Sequence record: OM386653.1
Reading direction: 5' to 3' (one strand)
Origin: Escherichia phage vB_EcoM_ESCO8
DNA length: 64,000 nt
Shown here: positions 9,470 through 17,234 of the stretch, one piece after another
Layout: every line of letters starts with the position of its first letter
Numbering within the stretch: position 1 is the stretch's first letter
The notes under the pieces: model-generated
Told to the model about the DNA's origin: nothing
Database searches by the model: none
Seen by the model: the letters and a program-made list of their open reading frames with translations, nothing else
Made by a program: the position numbers and the translations under genes

Positions 9470-9498
9470 ATAATACGCTACCAGGTGAGGAACGTCAA
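9470..9498 (-). promoter_or_regulatory. near-consensus sigma70 promoter (leftward, head of early gene array)
   Basis: Minus strand TTGACG-17nt-TATTAT; GC-rich ~120-nt leader follows. Confidence 0.5.
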
Positions 9499-9532
9499 CC
9501 CCTTTTTTAATCTTTTTTCATTTCTTTTTTGC

Positions 9533-9562
9533 TTGCTATCTATAAAGGAAAGGGGCTATTAT
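9533..9562 (+). promoter_or_regulatory. sigma70-like promoter (rightward)
   Basis: TTGCTA-18nt-TATTAT upstream of ORF starting 9610. Confidence 0.4.
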
Positions 9563-9609
9563 CTTTCTACCGCGCCAACCAGGGCGCACATCAAAGAAAG
9601 GGCGATACC

Positions 9610-9876
9610 ATGACAAATACTACTTTACACCTCATGCACTCATTAGGCTGGCAAGGCGGCACGGTGCACCAGGTAGCAAGCGCAACGGGCTTAAAGGTTG
9701 AAACCGTTCTCAACCTGGGCGATCATAAGGTGGAAGAAATAGATCATTTTGATACGTTCGCAAATGGTTATCTATGGGCTTGCAGTGGCGGCGGGGAAAG
9801 CAAGATCCCGCCAGGGGCGCGGGGCGACATGTATTTTTGGCTAGGTGTCCTATCCTGGCAAGAAAACAAAAAATAA
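9610..9876 (+). CDS. hypothetical protein (88 aa) in GC-rich island
   Basis: ORF track frame 9529..9876 trimmed to ATG with AAGGG-type RBS; local GC content clearly above surrounding AT-rich genes. Confidence 0.4.
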   Translation: MTNTTLHLMHSLGWQGGTVHQVASATGLKVETVLNLGDHKVEEIDHFDTFANGYLWACSGGGESKIPPGARGDMYFWLGVLSWQENKK

Positions 9877-9878
9877 TC

Positions 9879-9907
9879 TTGACAAGCCCAGGGATCGGGC
9901 TTATACT
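9879..9907 (+). promoter_or_regulatory. near-consensus sigma70 promoter (rightward)
   Basis: TTGACA-17nt-TATACT; spacer contains inverted repeat AGCCC/GGGCT; no obvious CDS downstream before repeat region. Confidence 0.5.
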
Positions 9908-10140
9908 GTTTTACATACAGAAGAGGAAGCGCCACCCCCACGGCGTAAAGGCGGGGCTAACATACCAGGGCACTACTGGTTGGAAGGTTGATCGCCGGTA
10001 GCTCGTCTAAAATAAATTTGTAAAGAAATGTAAAGATAAAAATAATCGCTTGCTTTTGTTGTTGGTTATGCTATTCTTATTGTATGGCGAGGGGACACGG
10101 GAGCGCGAGACAAACACCGCCCCTGCGCGTTATTCTCTAA

Positions 10141-10250
10141 ATGAGAAAATTCTCATTTGCTAATGATTCTCATTCTCTTACTGAGAATGATTATCACTTA
10201 CATACTTAAATGATAATGATTCTCATTTACAAATGAAAATGATTATCATA
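10141..10250. repeat. Cluster of Fur-box-like / ATGAGAA-TTCTCAT palindromic repeats
   Basis: Repeated units AATGATTCTCATT, GAGAATGATTATCA, AATGATAATGATTCTCATT, AATGAAAATGATTATCA resembling GATAATGATAATCATTATC. Confidence 0.45.
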
Positions 10251-10269
10251 CGCACACCCATAAAAACAC

Positions 10270-10480
10270 GAAATTGAACTTTTCATTTTTGATTTTTCTA
10301 CGGAAAAAGGCAAAAAACTTTAAATAAACTGGGGAATTTTTAAAAAATTGAAGTTTTCATTTTCAAAATCTGGATAGAAATACGTACAAAAACTTTAAAT
10401 AATTTTGACCAAACTTGAACTTTTCATTTTCAAAATTTGTACCCAAAAATCTGTAAAAACTTTAAATAATTTTGTCCTTT
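10270..10480. repeat. Three tandem ~70-bp direct repeats (iteron-like)
   Basis: Unit TTGAAC/G-TTTTCATTTTCAAAAT...AACTTTAAATAA recurs at 10274, 10348, 10415 with 67-74 bp period. Confidence 0.6.
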
Positions 10481-10688
10481 TTATAAAAATGATTTTACTG
10501 TTCTGTTATAAGTAGTAGTTAAGAGATAGTATGCCTTTTAAAGATCAGATACCATAGTCAAACAAACAAATTAAATACTTTATTAACAGAGTACAGAATA
10601 ATATTTACTCTGGATATATTATTCAGAGGGTGGATTTCCGTACATGAAACCCACACCCCTTTTTATAAAAATAAAAATTTTCAAAATA

Positions 10689-11240
10689 TCAGGAAATATC
10701 AGATTGTGCTTTTAGATAAACAGCAAGGTCTGTATGCCATTTTCCTAAAAGATTTTGTCCTTTCCAACAGTCCTTATTTTCCACATCACGATCCCACATT
10801 CCCATTTTGATACCATAAATAGAATCATAAGGGCTTGCCTCTACGAACTCCTTATCTGCGTAAGCGATAAGTTTATTTTTGAGATCTTCATTTTGTGTGT
10901 ATTTAAGATACAAACCACGCTTGACAATCTTCTCCCGTAAAGAAGTCCAAGTAGCTTCATCGTAATCTTTAACTAATCTACCTAGTCGCTTATAATATGC
11001 CTGTTCTTTTTCTCCTGTATATCTTAGATCTCCGGTTAAAATAGAAGATGCAATGTTGTAATCATAAAACAAACATGCTTTTCTCCACATCATATATTGT
11101 TCCACACAAGTAAATTCAACAGAACTTGTAATAGAATTATTATACTTGGGAGCTAAAGGTTCAATAAAAGATGATAGATACCAGTTGCTAAATTCATCTT
11201 TTGCCGAGAAGAAGAACACATACTTATCAGTAATCCGCAT
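10689..11240 (-). CDS. NADAR-domain protein (YbiA-like)
   Basis: 183 aa; motifs FFFS..EFSNWY, VEQY..W.KA, and C-terminal GIKMGMW...G.N.LGK.H align with E. coli YbiA-type NADAR pattern. Confidence 0.65.
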   Translation of the reverse strand: MRITDKYVFFFSAKDEFSNWYLSSFIEPLAPKYNNSITSSVEFTCVEQYMMWRKACLFYDYNIASSILTGDLRYTGEKEQAYYKRLGRLVKDYDEATWTSLREKIVKRGLYLKYTQNEDLKNKLIAYADKEFVEASPYDSIYGIKMGMWDRDVENKDCWKGQNLLGKWHTDLAVYLKAQSDIS

Positions 11241-12413
11241 TTACATCTCCTTACTGTATACTAATTTGCCACCATATTGTGTAATAATTTTTTGAAGATT
11301 TTCCAAATCAGAAACACTTACTGTTTCTGTATAACCATCTTTCAACTCTCTTGCCGTTAAAATACCAGTTTTTAATTTTTTCTTTATAGCTCTTTCAGCA
11401 GCCCTACATTGTTTCACTGTGCTAAAATCATATAAACAAATACGCCCCATAAAAAACAGATTACGGCTCTTTTGACCGTTTAATCGTCTATCGCTATCTT
11501 TAGATATACCAAACTTAAGAGCAACTATAATATCATTATCTTTAACAATATTAATATATAATTGCTGTTGATTATGACCAGCACACTGTGGACAACCTTG
11601 ACCGAGGCTTAATAAATTACGAGCACTCCCTATCTGCTCACCATGCACAAGACAAAGATATTTAAACTTACCTATAGAAGAGGGTTTGGTAATCCAATCT
11701 ACCCAGACATACCCTTTCCCTTCTACTTCCTTTTTTACCCTATAGGTGATCTGGTCTTCTGTATACTGATAGTTCCCACAACGACACGGAATATACCCTT
11801 GTTTAAGGTTATGTCCTGCAGAGTAAAATTTACCATCACAAACACCTGCTTGAACATATTCATCATGGGAGCAAACAGGACACTCAACCATCCATACTGC
11901 ATCACGCTTGTTACGTTTCCCTGTATTGGTGAAGATAGTGCCTTCCTTAAATTCCCCTGTAGAAAAGAAATCTGCAATATGTTGATCGTCGGACATTGTT
12001 TGTCTCTCCCTCTTACATTGTGGACAACCGCTACCACGTTTAAAATTGTTAATACTTGTAGTATCCCATTTATTACCACAATGACACAACAAATCAAGTT
12101 TTGTTTTATTCCCTTTCCATTCTCCCACGTACCCTAACACCTGATACCCCCTCTTCTGTGCTATCTCTTCCAAGATCGGCAATTCTGTTTCCCATGTTAA
12201 CGGCTTCTTACCAGAACAGATAGGACAACCACGTCCCTTCTTAAAATCATTAATGTTCGTGGTGTTCCACTCTCCATGTTTAGGACAAGATAGCTTAAGT
12301 TTAGTCTTGTTCCCTTTCCATTCACCAACATAACCCAGGATTTGAATATTGCGATTTTTAGCAAGGGGTGTTAATTCTTCTTTATATTGTTCCCATGATT
12401 TTGGTGCTGTCAT
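11241..12413 (-). CDS. T5orf172 (GIY-YIG-like) domain protein with tandem zinc-ribbon modules
   Basis: 390 aa; three repeats of GYVGEWKGNKTKL..C..HG.W.TT.IN.FK.G.GCP.C followed by C-terminal LYINIV..GIS...RRL segment typical of T5orf172. Confidence 0.55.
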   Translation of the reverse strand: MTAPKSWEQYKEELTPLAKNRNIQILGYVGEWKGNKTKLKLSCPKHGEWNTTNINDFKKGRGCPICSGKKPLTWETELPILEEIAQKRGYQVLGYVGEWKGNKTKLDLLCHCGNKWDTTSINNFKRGSGCPQCKRERQTMSDDQHIADFFSTGEFKEGTIFTNTGKRNKRDAVWMVECPVCSHDEYVQAGVCDGKFYSAGHNLKQGYIPCRCGNYQYTEDQITYRVKKEVEGKGYVWVDWITKPSSIGKFKYLCLVHGEQIGSARNLLSLGQGCPQCAGHNQQQLYINIVKDNDIIVALKFGISKDSDRRLNGQKSRNLFFMGRICLYDFSTVKQCRAAERAIKKKLKTGILTARELKDGYTETVSVSDLENLQKIITQYGGKLVYSKEM

Positions 12414-12450
12414 CTATTACTCCTCTTATTAAATCTGGCATCAATACAAG

Positions 12451-12476
12451 AAAACCCGCCGGAGCGGGTTTTTATT
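12451..12476 (-). terminator. Rho-independent terminator (bidirectional)
   Basis: AAAACCCGC-cgga-GCGGGTTTT stem-loop with flanking T/A runs, 3' of ATPase gene. Confidence 0.65.
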
Positions 12477-12487
12477 TGCTGGCTTAC

Positions 12488-13615
12488 TTAAAACACGCTT
12501 GCCAAAGTTGCACCATTGGTGATAGTTGGTTCCAGAACAATACGGAAAGAATCTTCTGGATCATCACTAAACACAACGATTTTACCGCCTGTAATAAGAT
12601 CTGCTTTCATTTTTGTCGCATTCAATGGAATTCGAGCATCTCCTTCATCATCAAAAACCACGTAAGAGCTATTAGCAAGGGCTTCTTTAGAGTCTGCATC
12701 ACTTGGAGATGACAAGTACACGTCTAGTGTGCACGAGCCACCTAAAAAGATTGCAGGTGTGAAGTTATGCCAACTAGATACCCAGCTAACTTTCTGAAGT
12801 TTCCCATTAATAACAACGCTGCTGATATCCCACTTATTACCACCACCCAAAGAAACGCCCATCATAGAGATGCATTCTTTAAAGGATAAATCAGGGTAGA
12901 AATTAAGTTCTTCTACTATACCTTGGATCACATCAAAGGACAACTCTAAACTTACATCCCAAAGCCTTTGGAAATTATCAAAGTGTGCTTTGTTATCCAG
13001 GTTTTTATCTAAATAGTCAATCATAGTTTCTAGTGAGATTTTATCATAATTAAAATTATAAAACACACGACTAGGACGATTTAGAAAGAATTCAGAGATA
13101 AAGCCACTGTTTTTAGTTAGAATAAACAGTTTATTACCACTGCCAGTACCATCTAACAAAGTGAGAAGTGCTTCTTGATCTTGTTTCTTCTCATACACTT
13201 TATCAAACTCGTCAAAAATAATCACTGCTTTGTCGGTGATCTTGCTAATAAGTTCAATGAAATTAGCATCGCTGTAGGCTTGAGTAACCATAATAGTTGG
13301 AATACCTTCTTCTACAAGGTCACGACTAATGAGTTTGGCTAACATAGTTTTACCACTACCCTTAGTTCCTGTCAGAAGCAATCCTGTATTTTTACCTTGT
13401 GCACTCCGGCGATGGAATGTACGGATAACGTGATTTGCTCGTTTTTCTGTTTCACCATACAGAACATCCGGTACACCTGTCAGATTACCACGGCTTAAAA
13501 AATAATTGCCAAGGGGATCACGACTAACAGTATAGAATCCAGGTGGAAGATAGTTAGATTCCACGCCCATATCTTTATTTACACTTACAATATCACCATA
13601 AATCGTGTATTTCAT
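12488..13615 (-). CDS. AAA-type ATPase (paralog A)
   Basis: 375 aa; Walker A GTKGSGKT, Walker B IIFDEFDK; paralogous to 28181..29341. Confidence 0.7.
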   Translation of the reverse strand: MKYTIYGDIVSVNKDMGVESNYLPPGFYTVSRDPLGNYFLSRGNLTGVPDVLYGETEKRANHVIRTFHRRSAQGKNTGLLLTGTKGSGKTMLAKLISRDLVEEGIPTIMVTQAYSDANFIELISKITDKAVIIFDEFDKVYEKKQDQEALLTLLDGTGSGNKLFILTKNSGFISEFFLNRPSRVFYNFNYDKISLETMIDYLDKNLDNKAHFDNFQRLWDVSLELSFDVIQGIVEELNFYPDLSFKECISMMGVSLGGGNKWDISSVVINGKLQKVSWVSSWHNFTPAIFLGGSCTLDVYLSSPSDADSKEALANSSYVVFDDEGDARIPLNATKMKADLITGGKIVVFSDDPEDSFRIVLEPTITNGATLASVF

Positions 13616-13626
13616 TTTAACCCCTT

Positions 13627-14064
13627 TTATTTTTGTTGAGATGAACGAATTAAATCAGCAGCAAATTCAATCAGATACACTTTTGGTGCAATAATGATTT
13701 TTAGCCAATCAAAATTCGAAAAGAAAATAACAAATCCTAAAAAGAAAAAGAAAGCACAGACAACAAGGCCAACAATAGGTAAAGCAGATACTTCACCATA
13801 GCGATCTCGTGACCACAGGCATTCTTTATCTTTAATTGCTTTTACGAGGTTCCGCACAGCAATAAAAGTAATAAACATAAAGCAAATACTAAAAAGTTGC
13901 CATAAACCTGCGGATACTGCTTTCCACACTAATAGTTGATGGATTACTTCTGGAATTTGTTGTTTTCCAAACTCTACAACATCACTCATTGTTTGAATAG
14001 TGACGTTAACCATGTTCAGAAGTACATCCGTTGCTTTATCTGCGATTGCGTTTGTTTTACTCAT
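13627..14064 (-). CDS. hypothetical membrane protein
   Basis: ORF track 145 aa; multiple hydrophobic helices. Confidence 0.55.
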   Translation of the reverse strand: MSKTNAIADKATDVLLNMVNVTIQTMSDVVEFGKQQIPEVIHQLLVWKAVSAGLWQLFSICFMFITFIAVRNLVKAIKDKECLWSRDRYGEVSALPIVGLVVCAFFFFLGFVIFFSNFDWLKIIIAPKVYLIEFAADLIRSSQQK

Positions 14065-14078
14065 TCTTTATTCCTCAC

Positions 14079-14252
14079 TTACCTTTTAAGGAAACCAATC
14101 ATAATGAAGAACCACATCCAGGCAGGAGAGATAATAAAGCCAAAGAAACCGCAAATAACCGCTTTCTTAATCTCTTCCAGACAACCCACCAGGAAAAGAA
14201 CGAGTGAGACTACAATCCAGATAGCCATAAATACTGTAACAAAGAAACTCAT
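14079..14252 (-). CDS. small membrane protein (57 aa)
   Basis: Manually read ORF MSFFVTVFMAIWIVVSLVLFLVGCLEEIKKAVICGFFGFIISPAWMWFFIMIGFLKR; GGAGAAAGG RBS. Confidence 0.4.
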   Translation of the reverse strand: MSFFVTVFMAIWIVVSLVLFLVGCLEEIKKAVICGFFGFIISPAWMWFFIMIGFLKR

Positions 14253-14272
14253 ACCTTTCTCCCGTCTGTATT

Positions 14273-14524
14273 TTAAAATTCAACCACCACTTTATCGAGG
14301 TGCTCTGCTTCAACTTGATCTAATGTTAACACCTCAACTAAACCCTTGTCAATACCTAATTTAATAACATCAACATATTGTCCAAACAGATCCTGGATAG
14401 ATATCTTGTGTTCGACAACAACAACCACTTCATTCCCTTTTGTGAATTCTCTCCATACACGTCCACATTTGAAAATAAAGTCTGCTTCATCTGCTGTTAT
14501 CATTTTAGGTTTGATACTTAACAT
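14273..14524 (-). CDS. hypothetical protein
   Basis: ORF track 83 aa. Confidence 0.5.
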   Translation of the reverse strand: MLSIKPKMITADEADFIFKCGRVWREFTKGNEVVVVVEHKISIQDLFGQYVDVIKLGIDKGLVEVLTLDQVEAEHLDKVVVEF

Positions 14525-14862
14525 TATAAAACTCCGTACTCTGGTTCAATATTATGCTTACGACAAATGGCATCCCAACGCTCATTACCAAAACTTCTTC
14601 CATGTAGTGCATCGTATGCGAAATGTTCTGCCAACCACATTACTACACCATCTGGTTCAGTGTCAAGCGGAATTCGAAACTCTCGATCATAACGCATACG
14701 GAGAACAAACTCATTACCGTCTTCCAGCAGGTGCATATGACTTTTAGCTCGTGATGCCAAATCGAAGAAAGGAGGTTCATCGTTCCAAACGTGACGCTCA
14801 ACTTCAACACCATGATCAACTACCAAAGTGGCAATTACTTCTCTCATTTCTTTACTAAACAT
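14524..14862 (-). CDS. hypothetical protein
   Basis: ORF track 112 aa. Confidence 0.55.
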   Translation of the reverse strand: MFSKEMREVIATLVVDHGVEVERHVWNDEPPFFDLASRAKSHMHLLEDGNEFVLRMRYDREFRIPLDTEPDGVVMWLAEHFAYDALHGRSFGNERWDAICRKHNIEPEYGVL

Positions 14863-14960
14863 ATTAAAGCCCTCCTAATTTAATAGTCCACTCAACACCT
14901 GTTAGATAACTTCTTTACACAAGTATACTAAGAACATATAAGTGATTTTACCAGATATGT

Positions 14961-15314
14961 TTAGCTCCACAAATTATGGAAATACTTAGCAAACAAAATA
15001 CGACCTTCTAAACGCTCTTGCCGTTGTTTTTCATTAACTTCTTCAGGTGGAGTTGAATCCTTAAAAGAGGACTCCATTTTTTCAAGAATTTCTAACCAGT
15101 GTTCTGCTGCTCGTTCTTCCATATAAGGTAGATAGTCACCTTTAGCGTGTGGGTACATCCGACGAAGTAACCCGCTAGGAATTTTAACATTGTTTGTGGC
15201 TATCACTTTTGCACGATATGCAGAAAGTGCGTTGTAGATCAGTTTACTTAGTGTCACATCCAGATCAAGAAGATCACTCTCTTCAAATTGAATTTCATCG
15301 TGTACAATTTTCAT
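14961..15314 (-). CDS. hypothetical protein
   Basis: ORF track 117 aa. Confidence 0.55.
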   Translation of the reverse strand: MKIVHDEIQFEESDLLDLDVTLSKLIYNALSAYRAKVIATNNVKIPSGLLRRMYPHAKGDYLPYMEERAAEHWLEILEKMESSFKDSTPPEEVNEKQRQERLEGRILFAKYFHNLWS

Positions 15315-15325
15315 ATCACTCTCCT

Positions 15326-15616
15326 TTATAGTAAAACACGTTTTGCACTGCTTGGTGCATTGTCGAACATGTTTATCACTTTGTCAAGTTTGTGTATTAA
15401 CTCGTTCGTAATGTTCCACTCTTTGTATGATCTCCATTGTTTCTTATTCTCACCTACCTGGTGTAAAACTTTGATTGGTGCATTCAAACGTACATTGCGT
15501 TCTTTGTCCTCTTCAAAAGAGGCTAACCATTTTTCGTTATGCCCATGAACAGCAATAATAATGCCAAAACCATCAAAAGTTTCTGTAATATTCTTAGTTG
15601 CTAGTGTGATGTTCAT
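15326..15616 (-). CDS. hypothetical protein
   Basis: ORF track 96 aa; first gene of leftward block 10.7-15.6 kb. Confidence 0.55.
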   Translation of the reverse strand: MNITLATKNITETFDGFGIIIAVHGHNEKWLASFEEDKERNVRLNAPIKVLHQVGENKKQWRSYKEWNITNELIHKLDKVINMFDNAPSSAKRVLL

Positions 15617-15675
15617 ATCTAACCTCTTTTGTTACGATACCCACAGAGTACCAGAAACTAATTTCAAATCAAGTA

Positions 15676-15703
15676 TTGACATACATTTTTATTTTGTTAA
15701 GAT
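15676..15703 (+). promoter_or_regulatory. sigma70-like promoter (rightward block)
   Basis: TTGACA-16nt-TAAGAT with TGT immediately upstream, ahead of ORF at 15735. Confidence 0.5.
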
Positions 15704-15734
15704 TAGCGCATACCAAATGAAAGGAGAAAAACAA

Positions 15735-15881
15735 ATGCAAAACATCGAACTAACTTCTATCGAAGCTAAAGAAGCAATGAAGGAAGATAGACGTGTTGAA
15801 CATAACCGTTTTTGCGGTGGTGAGTGGTTTGAGATGGAATTCAGATCGGAAGTTTGGCAAGGGAGTGATGGGGGGGTGTAA
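15735..15881 (+). CDS. hypothetical small protein (48 aa)
   Basis: AAAGGAG RBS then ATG; C-terminal part of ORF-track entry 15561..15881. Confidence 0.4.
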   Translation: MQNIELTSIEAKEAMKEDRRVEHNRFCGGEWFEMEFRSEVWQGSDGGV

Positions 15882-15899
15882 TCAAAAAGGAAAGAAGAA

Positions 15900-16046
15900 A
15901 TGATCTACAAAAATAAGTTCACTGGCTGTCTGCGTAAATTTATTGACAAAAAAGGGTATGTTTCTGTTGACAATGGTGTTACGTGGGTGCAAAATGGCAC
16001 TTCAGAACAACTGATCAAGGCTTTACCTTACTATGAGGAGGTTTAA
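15900..16046 (+). CDS. hypothetical small protein (48 aa)
   Basis: Manually read ORF MIYKNKFTGCLRKFIDKKGYVSVDNGVTWVQNG... with RBS. Confidence 0.35.
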   Translation: MIYKNKFTGCLRKFIDKKGYVSVDNGVTWVQNGTSEQLIKALPYYEEV

Positions 16047-16370
16047 ATGTCAAACAGTCTGTTTAGCGTGTCAATTGCACCACGTGTCAATATCCGTTGT
16101 CAGTTTGTTACTTTACCTGGTGTAACGCATATCACATTAGAATACGATCCTCGCTCACGAGACAACCCAATCACAGGGAAAATTGATTGTGCTTATGGTG
16201 ATTTTGTTATGGATCACCAAACCATCTTATGCTGTGTGCAACGCTTACAGGCAGGATCTTTATACATCTTTAAGAAAACGGTGTTCCAAGAGATTGCTCA
16301 AGCAGTTGAAAGTGGTATGGAGACTCTTAACGCTATGATTGAAGCAGCCAACAAGAAGGAGGTTTTATGA
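16047..16370 (+). CDS. hypothetical protein
   Basis: ORF track 107 aa. Confidence 0.55.
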   Translation: MSNSLFSVSIAPRVNIRCQFVTLPGVTHITLEYDPRSRDNPITGKIDCAYGDFVMDHQTILCCVQRLQAGSLYIFKKTVFQEIAQAVESGMETLNAMIEAANKKEVL

Positions 16371-16624
16371 CACTTTATCACGTAACTACAGAAGGCGACT
16401 GTGAAGGCCGCACTACAAAAGATTTGGGGTATGTTGAAGCAGATTCACCTGAACATGCAATTAAGTATCTGCACTCTATTGGTAAGTATGCTTATTATGA
16501 ATATTATATTTATGAGGTTGAGGAAAATCCTATACAAGTAGCAACACCTATGGTAGAGTTGGAACCTCTTAAAGCAAAAGTTAAAACTGGCAGTACATCT
16601 GGATTTAAGGGGGTAGTACAATGA
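16367..16624 (+). CDS. hypothetical protein
   Basis: ORF track 85 aa; ATGA overlap with upstream gene. Confidence 0.5.
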   Translation: MTLYHVTTEGDCEGRTTKDLGYVEADSPEHAIKYLHSIGKYAYYEYYIYEVEENPIQVATPMVELEPLKAKVKTGSTSGFKGVVQ

Positions 16625-16890
16625 AAATTCGTGATAATATTGCAGACTACATTGTAACTTGTGAAGATGGTACAGATGTTTTGCTCCCGCAACCAATTGT
16701 TTGGGAGGATGGTGAAATGTACCGTGTAGCTACGGAACATTGTAAAGGTATTGACATTAAAGCTCTTTGTGCTATGCTTGTCGAAGATCAAGAATCTGAT
16801 CTCTCAGTTGTAACATACCAAGATGTGTATGAAATCTGTGAAACTTTACTACAAATGCATGAAGATGGACAAGAGGTATTTCCAAAATGA
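16621..16890 (+). CDS. hypothetical protein
   Basis: ORF track 89 aa. Confidence 0.5.
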   Translation: MKIRDNIADYIVTCEDGTDVLLPQPIVWEDGEMYRVATEHCKGIDIKALCAMLVEDQESDLSVVTYQDVYEICETLLQMHEDGQEVFPK

Positions 16891-17087
16891 CAGAATGGGT
16901 AAAAGTAGAAGATCCATACGATATCCCACTAGGTGAGTATGTGGTGGTAATGGAAGATGGTGAAAAAGGGTATTGTGAAGTGCATAAAAGTATGTCTGGT
17001 AAGATTATTGTGGTGAACCATCATTTTCACTTTGATTACCCTCCTATTGTGGCATATATGCCTTTACCTAAATATGAAGGGGATTAA
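16887..17087 (+). CDS. hypothetical protein
   Basis: ORF track 66 aa. Confidence 0.5.
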   Translation: MTEWVKVEDPYDIPLGEYVVVMEDGEKGYCEVHKSMSGKIIVVNHHFHFDYPPIVAYMPLPKYEGD

Positions 17088-17234
17088 ATGTTATTCTTTA
17101 GACTTAATATTGCTTTTTGTTTGTTTGCAAACATTGCATTCTGGGTATTGGGTAGTGTAAAATTAGGCTACTTCTTTATTGTACTACAAGCTATTTGTTT
17201 AGCTGGTCAAATAATCACTAAGGGGCGAGTATGA
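17088..17234 (+). CDS. small hydrophobic peptide (48 aa)
   Basis: Manually read ORF MLFFRLNIAFCLFANIAFWVLGSVKLGYFFIVLQAICLAGQIITKGRV. Confidence 0.3.
   Translation: MLFFRLNIAFCLFANIAFWVLGSVKLGYFFIVLQAICLAGQIITKGRV

Noticed and set aside
9774-10001. 75-aa plus-strand ORF in the GC-rich region
   Set aside because: Spans the consensus promoter at 9879-9907 and overlaps the end of 9610..9876; no RBS. More likely non-coding.
9900-10020. Possible tRNA gene in GC-rich segment
   Set aside because: No acceptor stem plus T-loop (GTTCGAATC-like) and D-loop arrangement could be found by eye.
10270-10480. Possible CRISPR array
   Set aside because: Repeats are AT-rich, about 70 bp with imperfect copies, without the 28-37 bp repeat and unique spacer organisation, and no cas genes are present.
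11643-12137. 164-aa plus-strand ORF and 120-aa minus-strand ORF (11735..12097) inside the T5orf172 gene
   Set aside because: Both lie within 11241..12413, whose repeat and domain structure supports it as the real gene; the alternatives are low-complexity frame artefacts.
13936-14364. 142-aa plus-strand ORF
   Set aside because: Antisense to the minus-strand membrane-protein genes 13627..14064 and 14079..14252, which have RBSs and hydrophobic helices.
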